Source: a virus
Lineage: Duplodnaviria; Caudoviricetes
Length of the DNA stretch: 46,695 nucleotides
Virus record (IMG/VR): IMGVR_UViG_3300037846_000042
Span: 1 to 46,695 of that record
Reading direction: 5' to 3' (one strand)
Made by a program: the position numbers and the translations under genes. The notes beneath the pieces were generated by a model. That model saw nothing but the letters and a program-made list of their open reading frames with translations, had not been told where the DNA came from and searched no databases. Of this stretch, positions 34,437 to 44,460 are shown in pieces (positions within the stretch are counted from its first letter, which is position 1; every line of letters begins with the position of its first letter).

Positions 34437-37312
34437 ACTGGCCGGGACAGCCTGCCGCGCCAGCGTGGCCCGGCACTCCGGCAAAACCCGCCGCGCAGGC
34501 GACGCAATGGCCGGGCGAACCTGTGCGACAAGATGCTGCACCACAGTCACGCGCCCTCCCTTGGGAAACCGCCAAGCCCGGTCAGCAGCAGGCGACGTGG
34601 GGCGAGATACCTGCCGCCATCGGCACGGCCGGCAAGGAGATGTTGCAAGGGCTCTACAGTGCCATGAAGCTGCCGGGCGACGTGTGGCAGGCCGGCATGA
34701 AGGGCGAGGAGAACCCGATCGACACGCCCGAGGGGCAGGAGCGCGCGTTCGGGCTTGCTTCCATGATCACGCCAGGCGGCAAGTTTCCCGGTCCCAAGAC
34801 TTCGATCGCTCCGGCCGTCATCGAGGTCAAGAAGCTCCTCTCCCCCCAATCCGTGTCGCCCATCGCGGGCGAGGCTGCGGGCGAACTGCGGCGCGCAGGC
34901 GGCATAGCCGCCCGAGACACCGCGTCGACCGCGGCGGCGCTGGAGGAATACCGTCCGATTGTCAACGCGATGCCGGATGCCGATCGGTTGGCGTTCATCA
35001 ATCACGTTGAGGGCGGATCATCCAAAGAACTAAATTTGTCAGGCAACGAAACCGTAAGAACCGCAGCTTCAAAAATTGGAGATAAGGTTTATGAAGGGTC
35101 TAATCATTTAGACGCAATTAAAAAAGCTGCGGATGAGCGCGGCGAGGATGTGATGCAGACTCTCAACCTTTTTAATGAGGGAAAAGCATCTGATGGCTGG
35201 ATAACTTCTGCTGGTCGCTTTGTCGATCGTGATGAAGCGACTAGAATAGCCACAAAAAGCGGGCAAAGAAAAGATTTGCCTGCGGGATCGCGTAAAGCAT
35301 CAGAAGGATTAGGACACAATGAATTGGGCAAAAATAACATTCAGGAGTTAGCTGATACGCTCAAGGCCGAGTTCCAGAAGCGCCGCGCCAAGATCGAAGC
35401 GATGCCTGGCAAGGAGCAGATGGATTTCGTCGAGGACTATTATCCGCATCATTGGCAAGACCCGAAGTCCGCGAGCGCGGTTGTCAACGAGTTCCGCGGC
35501 GCAGGCGGCAAGCAGGGCTCTGGCGCCTCGCTGAAGAAACGCTCCATCCCGACGATCGCTGATGGCATCGCGGCCGGTTTGAAGCCGCTCACCACCGATC
35601 CGATCGAAGCGACGATGCGCTACGTGTCCAGCATGGACAAGTTCATCGCCTCGCAAGGCGTGCTCGATGCTGCTAAGGCGAATGGGACTGTGCGCTATTT
35701 TCGTCCTAAGACAATGGGCGCTTCTGGACATCCGGCAAGTGGCGGCAGCAACGTTGCGCCGAGCGGGCCTATTCCTGAAGGGTGGGTTCCTATTAAGGGC
35801 AGAGGCGCAACTAACGCCATGGGACAAACCGCTTATGCCCCCGAAGATTGGGCGCGCGTCTACAACAACTATATCTCGCGCGGATTTCATGAGATGGACG
35901 AGACGCTTGGAAATTCTGTTGATGCCTTCCAACGTGCGTCGAACTCTGTGACCGGCTTGGAACTTGGGCTGTCAGGCTATCACGCATTCACCATGGCCAA
36001 CGAAGCCGTGATTTCGGATGTGGCCAGGGCTGTGTCCAATGCCGCGGGCGGCAAGCCGATCAAAGGATTGAAAGCCCTGATTACGGCTCCGGTTTCTCCT
36101 ATTCGAGGTGCGATCCAAGGCAAGAAAATGGAGCAGGTTTATCTTGGACGCTCGCAAGGCTCTCCTGACATGCGGCGCATTGTCAACCTAATGACTGAAG
36201 CAGGTGGGCGCGGCGTCGGCAAAGGCCACGCGAGCGACTACGGTTTCTCTGCCGCAGGTTCCTATTTCACGGCATGGAAGCGCGGCGCGCTCAAGCAGGA
36301 GATGCGACAGTCTCTCCAGAACATCAAGGATCGCCCGATCGTCGGCACGGTTAAGGAGATCGGCAAGATTGTCGGCCGGACTATGGAGACTGTTTCACAG
36401 CCGTTGTTCGAGAAATATATTCCGCGCCTCAAAAATTCAGCTTTCTACGATACCATGAAAGATTGGCTTGAGGCTAATCCGAACGCTTCGCATGAGCAGC
36501 AGGTCGCCATGGCGCGTAAGCTGGTCGACTCGATAGATGATCGCTTTGGAGAATTGATTCAAGATAACGTGTTCTGGAACAAGGCGATGAAGCAAACCGC
36601 GCAGATTGCCATGCGGTCATACTCATGGAACTTCGGCACAGCGCGCACGATCGGCGGCGGAGCATTGAGCGCGTTGCGCAACCCCAAGCGGCTGTCAATC
36701 TCACATCCTGAACATGATCCGCGCGTTGCCTACGTGGTTGCCCTTGCTGTTACAGTGCCGCTCATGAACATGGTTTATCAGTATCTCAAGAGTGGCAAGC
36801 ATCCTGAAAGTGTGGACGACGCGATGGCGGGGCGCACGGGCGGCACGGCTCCCGGGTTTGGCGGTCGCGGCGAGGTCGAGGAACGCGCCATGCTGCCGGG
36901 CTATCAGAAAGATGTGTTTGGCTGGTACAACGATCCTAAGCAGGAAGCGCTTAACAAGCAAAGCCGTATGCTGGAAATCATCGAGGAGACGATAAGCGGG
37001 AAGGATTGGCAGGGCCACCCGTTTGTCGATCCTGATGCAGAGATCGAGCAGCAACTTGCGCAGTACCTTCAGCACGTGGCCGAGAGTCTTGTGCCGATTT
37101 CCGTGCAGACGTTGGGACAAGGCCGCAAGACAGGCTCGGCGCTCGGCGTTTCGTCCGAATTGATGGGCATTCGTCCGGCTCCTGGCTGGATGCAAGACCC
37201 GGAAGGCACGAAGGCAGGCTTGCAAAAGATACACTCTCGTGCATACAAACAAGGCCAAAAGTCAGAACGTCGTCAACAATCGCAATACGGAGGACCAGCG
37301 GAACATGAGTAA
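34424..37312 (+). CDS. Large internal virion/DNA ejection protein
   Basis: 962 aa; N-terminal WPG repeats; DYYPH.W; last large structural gene. Confidence 0.75.
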   Translation: MPEVNWPGQPAAPAWPGTPAKPAAQATQWPGEPVRQDAAPQSRALPWETAKPGQQQATWGEIPAAIGTAGKEMLQGLYSAMKLPGDVWQAGMKGEENPIDTPEGQERAFGLASMITPGGKFPGPKTSIAPAVIEVKKLLSPQSVSPIAGEAAGELRRAGGIAARDTASTAAALEEYRPIVNAMPDADRLAFINHVEGGSSKELNLSGNETVRTAASKIGDKVYEGSNHLDAIKKAADERGEDVMQTLNLFNEGKASDGWITSAGRFVDRDEATRIATKSGQRKDLPAGSRKASEGLGHNELGKNNIQELADTLKAEFQKRRAKIEAMPGKEQMDFVEDYYPHHWQDPKSASAVVNEFRGAGGKQGSGASLKKRSIPTIADGIAAGLKPLTTDPIEATMRYVSSMDKFIASQGVLDAAKANGTVRYFRPKTMGASGHPASGGSNVAPSGPIPEGWVPIKGRGATNAMGQTAYAPEDWARVYNNYISRGFHEMDETLGNSVDAFQRASNSVTGLELGLSGYHAFTMANEAVISDVARAVSNAAGGKPIKGLKALITAPVSPIRGAIQGKKMEQVYLGRSQGSPDMRRIVNLMTEAGGRGVGKGHASDYGFSAAGSYFTAWKRGALKQEMRQSLQNIKDRPIVGTVKEIGKIVGRTMETVSQPLFEKYIPRLKNSAFYDTMKDWLEANPNASHEQQVAMARKLVDSIDDRFGELIQDNVFWNKAMKQTAQIAMRSYSWNFGTARTIGGGALSALRNPKRLSISHPEHDPRVAYVVALAVTVPLMNMVYQYLKSGKHPESVDDAMAGRTGGTAPGFGGRGEVEERAMLPGYQKDVFGWYNDPKQEALNKQSRMLEIIEETISGKDWQGHPFVDPDAEIEQQLAQYLQHVAESLVPISVQTLGQGRKTGSALGVSSELMGIRPAPGWMQDPEGTKAGLQKIHSRAYKQGQKSERRQQSQYGGPAEHE

Positions 37313-37463
37313 AGCACCCAAGAAGATGACCGGCAACAAGAAGCAGACCGAGGGCTATACTCCGCGCATGGGAATGCCCGCCGGCAAGAAAGCCGGTAAA
37401 GCGCCGATCGCCGGCCGCAGCCTTGCCAAGCGCGAGAAGCGGCTTGAGAAAGTCGCGATGTGA
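37305..37463 (+). CDS. Small Lys-rich basic protein
   Basis: 52 aa MSKAPKKMTGNKK...; GGAGG RBS; coupled to the ATP-grasp gene. Confidence 0.6.
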   Translation: MSKAPKKMTGNKKQTEGYTPRMGMPAGKKAGKAPIAGRSLAKREKRLEKVAM

Positions 37464-38791
37464 GGCTTCTGGTTATCGACCCCGAGGGCTCGTCGGGACT
37501 CGACCTCGCGCTCCGCGCCTATCGCGACGGCCACGAGGTTAAACTCGCGATCCGCGATACCGAGAAACAAAAGCTCCGCGGCAAGGGGTTCGTCGATGTG
37601 GTGCGCGACCCGCGCGAGTGGTTCCGCTGGTCGAACCTGATCGTCAATTGCGATAACAGCGTTTATCTGCGCGACCTTGACGCCCACCGCAAGACGGGCG
37701 GCAAGGTCATATCAGCATGTCAGGAGACGGCGCTATGGGAAATCGACCGCGAAGTCGGCCAGAAGATCATGGAGAAGGCGGGAATACCAACCCTTAAATC
37801 CACGCCGTTCACAGACTACGATGCAGCGATAGCGCACGTCAGCAAGACGATGAAGCGTTACGTCAGCAAGCCTACTGGCAGCTTCGAGAAGGACAAGTCG
37901 CTTTCTTACGTCTCCTCCGGCCCTGACGACATGGTGTTTATGTTGCAACGATGGAAGAAACTAAACAAGCTCAAGACGCCGTTCATCTTGCAAGAGTTCG
38001 TGCCCGGCGTCGAGATGGGCGTGGCCGGCTGGTTCGGGCCAGGTGGCTGGAACGAGGGATGGGAGGAGAATTTCGAGTTCAAGAAGTTCATGAACGACGA
38101 CCTCGGCCCGGCAACCGGCGAGCAAGGCACGATTGCACGCTACACCAAGACCAGCAAGCTCGCCCGCAAGGTGCTCCAGCCGTTGACGCCGATCCTCGAA
38201 AAGATGGGCTATTGCGGCGACATCGATGTGAATTGTATTATTGACGAAAAAGGACAGCCTTGGCCGTTGGAGTTCACGACTCGGCTCGGTTGGCCCGCTT
38301 TTAACCTCCAGGTGGCATTATGCCAGGGAGACGTGACGCAATGGCTGATGGACTTGGCTTCTGGGATCGACTCGCGACAAATGACCATGGAGAAGGTCGC
38401 GTGCGGCGTCGTCATGTCGATACCGGACTATCCGTACTCCCATGCGACGGGGAAGGAAGTCTGCGGGATTCCGATCTACGGGATTTCCCCCGGCTTATGG
38501 AAGCATTTGCATCCGTGCGAGATGGCGTTACAGGATGCCCCGGTCTCGATCGAGGGCAAGATCGTCACGATGCCAATGCCGGTCTCGGCGGGGGATTACG
38601 TGCTGGTAATGACGGCGGTAGCGGACACGGTGAAGGACGCGGCGCTCACGTGCTACCGTCGCTTGGGTCGCTTGACGATGCCGTGCTCCCCGATGTGGCG
38701 CTCGGACATCGGCAAGAAGTTGGTCAAACAACTCCCCAAGATACAGGCACAGGGCTACGCGACGGGGCTAACATACTCGCAGCAGCCCTAG
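37460..38791 (+). CDS. ATP-grasp ligase, PurD (GAR synthetase)-like
   Basis: AGIPT, YVSKP, ILQEFVPGVE, EFKK...DLGPATGEQG, LEFTTRLGWP correspond to PurD DHKR..GDxGPNTGGMG and EFNxRFGDP. Confidence 0.85.
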   Translation: MRLLVIDPEGSSGLDLALRAYRDGHEVKLAIRDTEKQKLRGKGFVDVVRDPREWFRWSNLIVNCDNSVYLRDLDAHRKTGGKVISACQETALWEIDREVGQKIMEKAGIPTLKSTPFTDYDAAIAHVSKTMKRYVSKPTGSFEKDKSLSYVSSGPDDMVFMLQRWKKLNKLKTPFILQEFVPGVEMGVAGWFGPGGWNEGWEENFEFKKFMNDDLGPATGEQGTIARYTKTSKLARKVLQPLTPILEKMGYCGDIDVNCIIDEKGQPWPLEFTTRLGWPAFNLQVALCQGDVTQWLMDLASGIDSRQMTMEKVACGVVMSIPDYPYSHATGKEVCGIPIYGISPGLWKHLHPCEMALQDAPVSIEGKIVTMPMPVSAGDYVLVMTAVADTVKDAALTCYRRLGRLTMPCSPMWRSDIGKKLVKQLPKIQAQGYATGLTYSQQP

Positions 38792-39045
38792 ATGACGCAG
38801 CGCAATTGTCGATCCAGGAATCGATTCGCATCCTGCGCATGACGGAGAACGAGGAGAACGAGAAGACGTTTGGCGTGATAATCCGCGCCAAGTGCGCGAT
38901 CATCGGCCATATATCGAACGCCAAGCTGCGCGTATCCGAGGAGAGCTTCAGGCAGCAGCGATTTGATCGATTGCCGGAGCTGCTGAAGCTAATTGCGGAT
39001 GAGGAAAAAAGAATGCCGGCGAGATTGATCGAGGCTAGTTTTTAG
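38695..39045 (+). CDS. Hypothetical helical protein (start uncertain)
   Basis: LDDAAQLSIQESIRIL...DRLPELLKLIADEEK fills the gap to the convergent arm. Confidence 0.55.
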   Translation: MALGHRQEVGQTTPQDTGTGLRDGANILAAALDDAAQLSIQESIRILRMTENEENEKTFGVIIRAKCAIIGHISNAKLRVSEESFRQQRFDRLPELLKLIADEEKRMPARLIEASF

Positions 39046-39394
39046 CAGCATTCTGCTTAAGAGCTTGCGTCGCAATTCTAATCGCGTCGTCGAGCGGCTC
39101 GCCGGCTTCGCTATCAGATAGATCAGCGATGCGCTTGAGCGCCGCCCGCAGCCGCTCTGCCTGCGCCTCAAACTCCGGGATGCAATCAACGACCTCGAAT
39201 CGGTCAGCAGCCGATCGCAGAAAGTCCGCAATGGAAGTAGTCTGCTGGACATTCAGATCGCTTGGATTCATGTAATCCCGATCTCCGTCCGTTCGCATAA
39301 CCATGTTCGCAACGAGCCGCAGGCTTGCACCAAACTCGGCATTAGTTATACCCTCTGGCGCTTGGTTCCGTTCGGTCAGCTTTTGGCGTTCCAT
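39035..39394 (-). CDS. Hypothetical protein
   Basis: 119 aa, AGGAGAG RBS. Confidence 0.65.
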   Translation of the reverse strand: MERQKLTERNQAPEGITNAEFGASLRLVANMVMRTDGDRDYMNPSDLNVQQTTSIADFLRSAADRFEVVDCIPEFEAQAERLRAALKRIADLSDSEAGEPLDDAIRIATQALKQNAAKN

Positions 39395-39415
39395 TTAGTC
39401 TCTCCTGTCCACATT

Positions 39416-42274
39416 CTACTGAAATTTCTTCGCCAGCGACACTACGTTGTCAGCCACGATTGGCGCTATGCCGCCTAAGTCCTTGTGCGCGCCATCGACC
39501 TCCACGCACCACACCTGCCCGCCTGGTATGTCGGTTCCGGCTCCCAGCGTGGCTTGGCATCGCCGTCTCGTCACCACGCCTGATGCTTCAAGCGAGCGTA
39601 CCATTTCCTGATAGCTCTGTTCCTTGTCGATCAGCCACTCGCGCAACGCAGTCTGCGCGATAAGATAGCGTCCCGAGCTTTTCTCGTATCGGATCGCCAA
39701 TCGGAACCGCGGTTCCAGCGACGGTCGCTGCCGCTCGCCCGGAATATATGCCCGCTCCACTACCAGTGTCGAGTCGCGGTTGGCGTTGAGGAACTCGGCC
39801 AGGGCATCGACGGGCCAAGAGCTGGTTGTGGTCTTGCGTTCTCCGACATAGCCGAACAGCCAAGTCATGATGCGCTCGACCGAGAACTCCACGAGATCGA
39901 GCTTCTTGACGATCACGCCCGCGACTGCGATGGCCGCGATGGTGCGGACCCAGAATCGATGCTCGGACTTGAGGCCGGTGCGTTCCCAGGTTTGTTGCGT
40001 CATGCGCTCCAGCGCTGCCTTGGTCCAGGCGAGATTGTCGGGCTTGACCAGCCAGTCGAGGAACACGGCGCCGGCATGGCCCGAGTTGTTGCGCAACGCC
40101 TTGCGCAGCTTGTCGCCCTGCTGGTGCGCTCGCTGATGGTCGGGAACCTCAAGCTGGAACTCCAGGATGCGGTAAGCCGGAGCTTCAGCCATGCCGGTGC
40201 CCGACAGCACGTCGACGAGGGAACTATTGGCGGCCGAGATCATGATGGTCTGCCAGGTCGACGCCGTGTGCTTGATCTCGCCCGAGCGAGTGGCCCGCAT
40301 CTTGTCGCGGCCGTTGGTGAAGTTGATCACGAAATTGCGAATAGCCTCGGGGTCGCGGATCGTCATTTCGTCGTAGATGACGGGTAGGTTGCCTAAGGCT
40401 CCGAGGGTGAGGGCTTTGCTGACTTTGGTGTCATCGTTGGTGAGTCCAAGGCCTTCTCGTCGTCCCCAGACGGAAGCTGCGCCAATAAGAGCTGTGCTCT
40501 TTCCAGTACCTGATTCGCGAGTAACAAGATGAATGATAGCTCCTCCCTCGTCTCTTTCTTGGAAACGCATGAGAGGTGCCGCAAAACTTGCAAGCAATGC
40601 GACTGACTGCGGCTCACACCCGAGAGCAAAAAGACTATTGATTGCTCGTTTCCACTCACCGAGGTCTCCTCCTGTGCAGGGTCCGACCCAATCCTCGCGG
40701 CATCGGGTTTGAATCTCGTCATTGCCAACGACTTTGGCAGCGCCGCCAGCGGAATACAGATCAAGCCCATAAAGAAAAGAATTATCTCCACCCTTCCACC
40801 CAAATTGGTCGTAGCGTGTGGTCAATTTGCCGCTCCGGTAGTGCATATCGATAGCAGCACGGACATACCTGACGAAGTGGGAATGTTCATGTATATTGGC
40901 GCCTGCGCTAGCGAGATCGGCGGCGGATTGACTTCCAAACAAGACCCGCGCAGCAATGCTGATGTCAAACCATCCTCGTTCTGGAATGAATTGCTTGAGG
41001 ATGAAGGTCCACTCGCCGCGCACTTCTCCTGTCTGGACGCTATCAAGATAGATAGGATAATTTGACACAACAATATCGACACCCCCACCTTTAGCATTCT
41101 CGGATTTGCTGATGAGGGCACGTTGCGGACTCCAGAAAAAATCGTGAGGGAGAGGCGGGAGATCATCTACTTCTTGAACTTGATCCCTTGTAGCGTTCCC
41201 AAAGACCCCTTGAAAATTTTGACCTTCCGTTTGCGCGCGAGGGCCTTGTGAATGTGGCCTGCCCAACGAGATCGGGCTTTTGATCTTCCCCCAATGCGGA
41301 CACGCTTCGCACGTTTTGGGGTCGAGCGAGTGGAATTTCTCGCAGGTCGTGGCGCCGGAGAGTCGTCGAGCGCGTGCAAGTCTCTCCTCGGTTTCTTCGT
41401 GGGTGTAGCCGGCGAAGCCGCTTGACCACTCGTGTCCGCGCTCGCTCCCATCTGTGCAGAAAGTGCAGACCCCAAGAGCCGCATACCAAAGAGGTTCCGG
41501 CAATCGGCCGCGATGCTTGCGCATTGCTCCAAGCTGTCCGCATTGATCTGCAACAAGCGCAGCAGAGCGCGGCTCGTCGTCAAACACGTTTCCAAGCGCC
41601 CCCGCAAGTCGCGGAGCATCTCGTCGGCTTTCTCTGCGCGATGCTCGTCCGTCATCTGTTCGCTCATCCAACAATCTCCCAAAGGCTTCGATCGGATAAG
41701 GCCCGACGAGCGGGCCGCATTGTACCGGAACAATCAGTCCGTTTTTGCGGTTGTGGGTTCCCGGAGTGCGTAATATCGAAGCAATATCAGATGTACGTTC
41801 AGGCCCAGCGTCCAACGCAAACTGATGGCAAAGTCGCTTGAGAGCACCGGCGTACTGCCTCCATTCTTGAGCCACCAAAGTCTGCTCCAACGGCCAATAA
41901 ATATGCAGACCGCGGCCTGAACCAACGTAGACGGGAACGGGCAATCTCGTTTGCTGGCAAAAAACGGCAACTCCTTCGGCTGCTGATTGGACATTTGCAT
42001 ATTTGCTCTTTGGCGCTAGGTCGATGTCGAGCCAGAACGCACGAGCGCCCTTAGCCCTTTCCTGAGTGCGTCGAGTTGCGTCCACAAAGCTCGCGCAGCC
42101 GTGGTAGACCGTATGGCTGGCGGCATCTGCGCGAAGTATTGCATCGCTGAGTTCGTCCGTTCGATTAAACCAAAGATGTCTTTTTGTTCCTTGGATAAAG
42201 CAGGCATAGTATCCCTCATCGGGCAGCACGTGCCGCAGGAACGCGGCCGTGATGTTGTCGTTGCCGCCTGACAT
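39416..42274 (-). CDS. Primase-helicase (AEP/RepB-like primase plus DUF927 P-loop helicase)
   Basis: FWLDID, SGRGLHIYW, ILRTPGTHN; Cys cluster CEKF...CEACPH; QFGWK; Walker A ESGTGKST, Walker B VIYDE. Confidence 0.88.
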   Translation of the reverse strand: MSGGNDNITAAFLRHVLPDEGYYACFIQGTKRHLWFNRTDELSDAILRADAASHTVYHGCASFVDATRRTQERAKGARAFWLDIDLAPKSKYANVQSAAEGVAVFCQQTRLPVPVYVGSGRGLHIYWPLEQTLVAQEWRQYAGALKRLCHQFALDAGPERTSDIASILRTPGTHNRKNGLIVPVQCGPLVGPYPIEAFGRLLDERTDDGRASRRESRRDAPRLAGALGNVFDDEPRSAALVADQCGQLGAMRKHRGRLPEPLWYAALGVCTFCTDGSERGHEWSSGFAGYTHEETEERLARARRLSGATTCEKFHSLDPKTCEACPHWGKIKSPISLGRPHSQGPRAQTEGQNFQGVFGNATRDQVQEVDDLPPLPHDFFWSPQRALISKSENAKGGGVDIVVSNYPIYLDSVQTGEVRGEWTFILKQFIPERGWFDISIAARVLFGSQSAADLASAGANIHEHSHFVRYVRAAIDMHYRSGKLTTRYDQFGWKGGDNSFLYGLDLYSAGGAAKVVGNDEIQTRCREDWVGPCTGGDLGEWKRAINSLFALGCEPQSVALLASFAAPLMRFQERDEGGAIIHLVTRESGTGKSTALIGAASVWGRREGLGLTNDDTKVSKALTLGALGNLPVIYDEMTIRDPEAIRNFVINFTNGRDKMRATRSGEIKHTASTWQTIMISAANSSLVDVLSGTGMAEAPAYRILEFQLEVPDHQRAHQQGDKLRKALRNNSGHAGAVFLDWLVKPDNLAWTKAALERMTQQTWERTGLKSEHRFWVRTIAAIAVAGVIVKKLDLVEFSVERIMTWLFGYVGERKTTTSSWPVDALAEFLNANRDSTLVVERAYIPGERQRPSLEPRFRLAIRYEKSSGRYLIAQTALREWLIDKEQSYQEMVRSLEASGVVTRRRCQATLGAGTDIPGGQVWCVEVDGAHKDLGGIAPIVADNVVSLAKKFQ

Positions 42275-42512
42275 GCTCGCGCCTCGCAATGGGCGACAGA
42301 TGGATGGGAACCGGGAAACCGTTCTCGTGCTCGACAGCCCGTTCGAGCACCGTCAGCGCCCGCCGCGCTTCCTCGCCGTTCGGCCCCCAGGGCTCATACC
42401 CTTGGAGCCACCCCCTGACGGTAGCGTAAGGCCGGCCGAACCACGTTGACAAGTCGGCCGTGGTCAATAGGCCATCCTTACTTACCTTCTCCAGTCGGCG
42501 CGCGAAGGTCAT
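42216..42512 (-). CDS. HTH DNA-binding protein
   Basis: LTTADLSTWFGRPYATVRGWLQG. Confidence 0.7.
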   Translation of the reverse strand: MTFARRLEKVSKDGLLTTADLSTWFGRPYATVRGWLQGYEPWGPNGEEARRALTVLERAVEHENGFPVPIHLSPIARREHVRRQRQHHGRVPAARAAR

Positions 42513-42518
42513 GGTACC

Positions 42519-43640
42519 TCAAGTCTTCAGTCCGAACACATTGGCGAGTGCCGACTCCAGCTCGGCGTTGGGAGCCGGGGCGTTGTTCACGATTCCCCCC
42601 ACCTGTTGCGCCGCAGGCTGCTGCTGGAAGGGCGCGGTATGCGGGGCGTGCTGTTGCGCTGCCCGCTGGAGGAACGGCGGGATGCCGGTGTCTTGCTGGC
42701 CGCCCTGGGCCGCCTGCGCGTCGGCTTCCATCTGCGCTTTGGTGCGGCGGGTACGCTTAGGGGGCTCCGCTGGAGTGCCCGCAAACGGCGCAGAACCACC
42801 GGCCTGTGTCGGCTGGAAAGGCGCTGTCGCGGCCTGAGCACCAGCAAGCTGGGCAGGCACAGGAGCCAAAGGGCGTTGCTGAGCGATCTGCGCCGCCTGC
42901 CCACTCCACACCTGATCCCCGCGGCCCACCAGGGCGTCGGTGATCTTCTGATCGAGGAACTTGGTCACCAGCGCCTCGGTCCCCTCGTCGGTGAAGCCCG
43001 CGGCAGCGAAGTCGAGCTGCCCCACCTGGCCGTGGACGAAGGTAATGCGGGTGACGACCTCGGACACGTCGAAATCCTGGCCACCGAACTTGGCCGAGTA
43101 GGCCCGCAGGTTCTCGTGGCTCATGACCGGCACGCGCAGCAGGAACGGGAAATCGTAAGTCTCATTCGGAGCATAAGTCCCGTCAGGCTGGACGGCGCCG
43201 ATGACCGGCAGGACCGCTACCTTCTTGATGACGTGACACGCCTTGACGGGCTTGCCGGTGACCTTGCTGGTGGCCGACCCCCATGTGTTCTGCGGGCACG
43301 TCATGCAGCTTGTGGACTGCGGCTGGGCGGCCTGGGCCGACGCTCCGATGCCGTTATCCGAGAAGCAGGCGGGCGGCTCGTACACGTCGCTGTTGGGGTT
43401 GTAGACCTTCTCGCCCCAGAACACGCGCGACGGCACGTTAGTGTCAATGATCACGCAATCGAGCCACTTGGTCTCGACCGGCTCCTGCTCGCCGTTAGCG
43501 TCCACCAGGGTGAACGAGCCGCCCTTGATCGACACATAAGGCGGCGACGCCATCCCGAGGCCCTGCACGACGGCCTGGACGATCTGGCGGCGGTTCTGAC
43601 GGTTGGCGAAGCGAGCAGGCAACTGGACTTGTTGGGTCAC
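42519..43640 (-). CDS. ssDNA-binding/replication protein
   Basis: VSIKGGSF, P.CFSDNG, C.TCPQN.WGS...GK.VKAC, typical of this helicase-primase module. Confidence 0.65.
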   Translation of the reverse strand: MTQQVQLPARFANRQNRRQIVQAVVQGLGMASPPYVSIKGGSFTLVDANGEQEPVETKWLDCVIIDTNVPSRVFWGEKVYNPNSDVYEPPACFSDNGIGASAQAAQPQSTSCMTCPQNTWGSATSKVTGKPVKACHVIKKVAVLPVIGAVQPDGTYAPNETYDFPFLLRVPVMSHENLRAYSAKFGGQDFDVSEVVTRITFVHGQVGQLDFAAAGFTDEGTEALVTKFLDQKITDALVGRGDQVWSGQAAQIAQQRPLAPVPAQLAGAQAATAPFQPTQAGGSAPFAGTPAEPPKRTRRTKAQMEADAQAAQGGQQDTGIPPFLQRAAQQHAPHTAPFQQQPAAQQVGGIVNNAPAPNAELESALANVFGLKT

Positions 43641-44056
43641 TAAATTTCTCCTTTTTTGCGAAGGGTGTTGCAGGTTCCGCAGTAGCGCATGAATCCACCA
43701 GTTTTCAATTTGTATGTAATTGAGAACTCATGCCCTCTGATACAGAGTGTCTTTTGCATGTTCGCAGCAGTAGGACCTATGCCGCGTCGCGTATTCTCGC
43801 GCCGCGTTACCGGCTCCAAATGATCAGGATTGACGCAACATCGTACTCGACAAAGATGATCGAGTTCAAGCCCTTTCGGAACAGGACCAAACTTTTGTTC
43901 GTACAAAATTTTATGTACGATGGTTGTCTCTTTGGAATGCCTGCCGCGAGCTATTTGCGCATAACCGTGACTACCCACTGAGCCTGTCCAGAGCCAACAT
44001 CCACTGTTGGGCTCTGGAGATATTTTTGTATCGATTCTATCAAACACAGAGAGCAT
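43640..44056 (-). CDS. HNH homing endonuclease
   Basis: PEPNSGCWLWTG, LDHLCRVRCCVNPDHLEPVTRREN, KTLCIRGHEF...CGTC. Confidence 0.9.
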   Translation of the reverse strand: MLSVFDRIDTKISPEPNSGCWLWTGSVGSHGYAQIARGRHSKETTIVHKILYEQKFGPVPKGLELDHLCRVRCCVNPDHLEPVTRRENTRRGIGPTAANMQKTLCIRGHEFSITYKLKTGGFMRYCGTCNTLRKKGEI

Positions 44057-44058
44057 GA

Positions 44059-44460
44059 CTAACTCTTGGGCATATTAATTCGATCGATGAACGAAACCTC
44101 GACACCGGGCGGCGGCTTGCCGCTCGACGACTCGATGAACTGCTTAACCGGGTCTTTGACGGCGTTGACCGTCATCATCTCGGCGCCCAGCGTCGACCAG
44201 TTGTCAAGGCAGAATTTCATGAACTCGTCGCGCGCCACCACCTTGACATTCATGATCGTGGATTTGTAGGGCGTGCCGAACTCGGTCTTGGAATTGGTTG
44301 AGCCACGCTCGTTGAACCGGCGCAGGAACTCGTTCTTGATGGTTTCCATGCCGTCCTTGTATGGCTTCAACTCCGTCGCAAGCATGGCCTCTTGAGCAGA
44401 AACATGCGCTGAGAGTTCTTGGTACTTCTGGACGAGCGCGTCGTCTTTATACTCGTTCAT
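44059..44460 (-). CDS. Replication-module protein
   Basis: N-terminal coiled coil, SKTEFGT.YKS, PPPGVEV; lies between helicase and SSB. Confidence 0.7.
   Translation of the reverse strand: MNEYKDDALVQKYQELSAHVSAQEAMLATELKPYKDGMETIKNEFLRRFNERGSTNSKTEFGTPYKSTIMNVKVVARDEFMKFCLDNWSTLGAEMMTVNAVKDPVKQFIESSSGKPPPGVEVSFIDRINMPKS

Noticed and set aside
38320-38694. N-terminal part of the 241-aa ORF
   Set aside because: Overlaps the ATP-grasp catalytic region out of frame; only the 3' part looks coding
37460-38791. purZ / 2-aminoadenine DNA system
   Set aside because: The protein is ATP-grasp PurD-like, not PurA-like, and no dATPase gene was recognised
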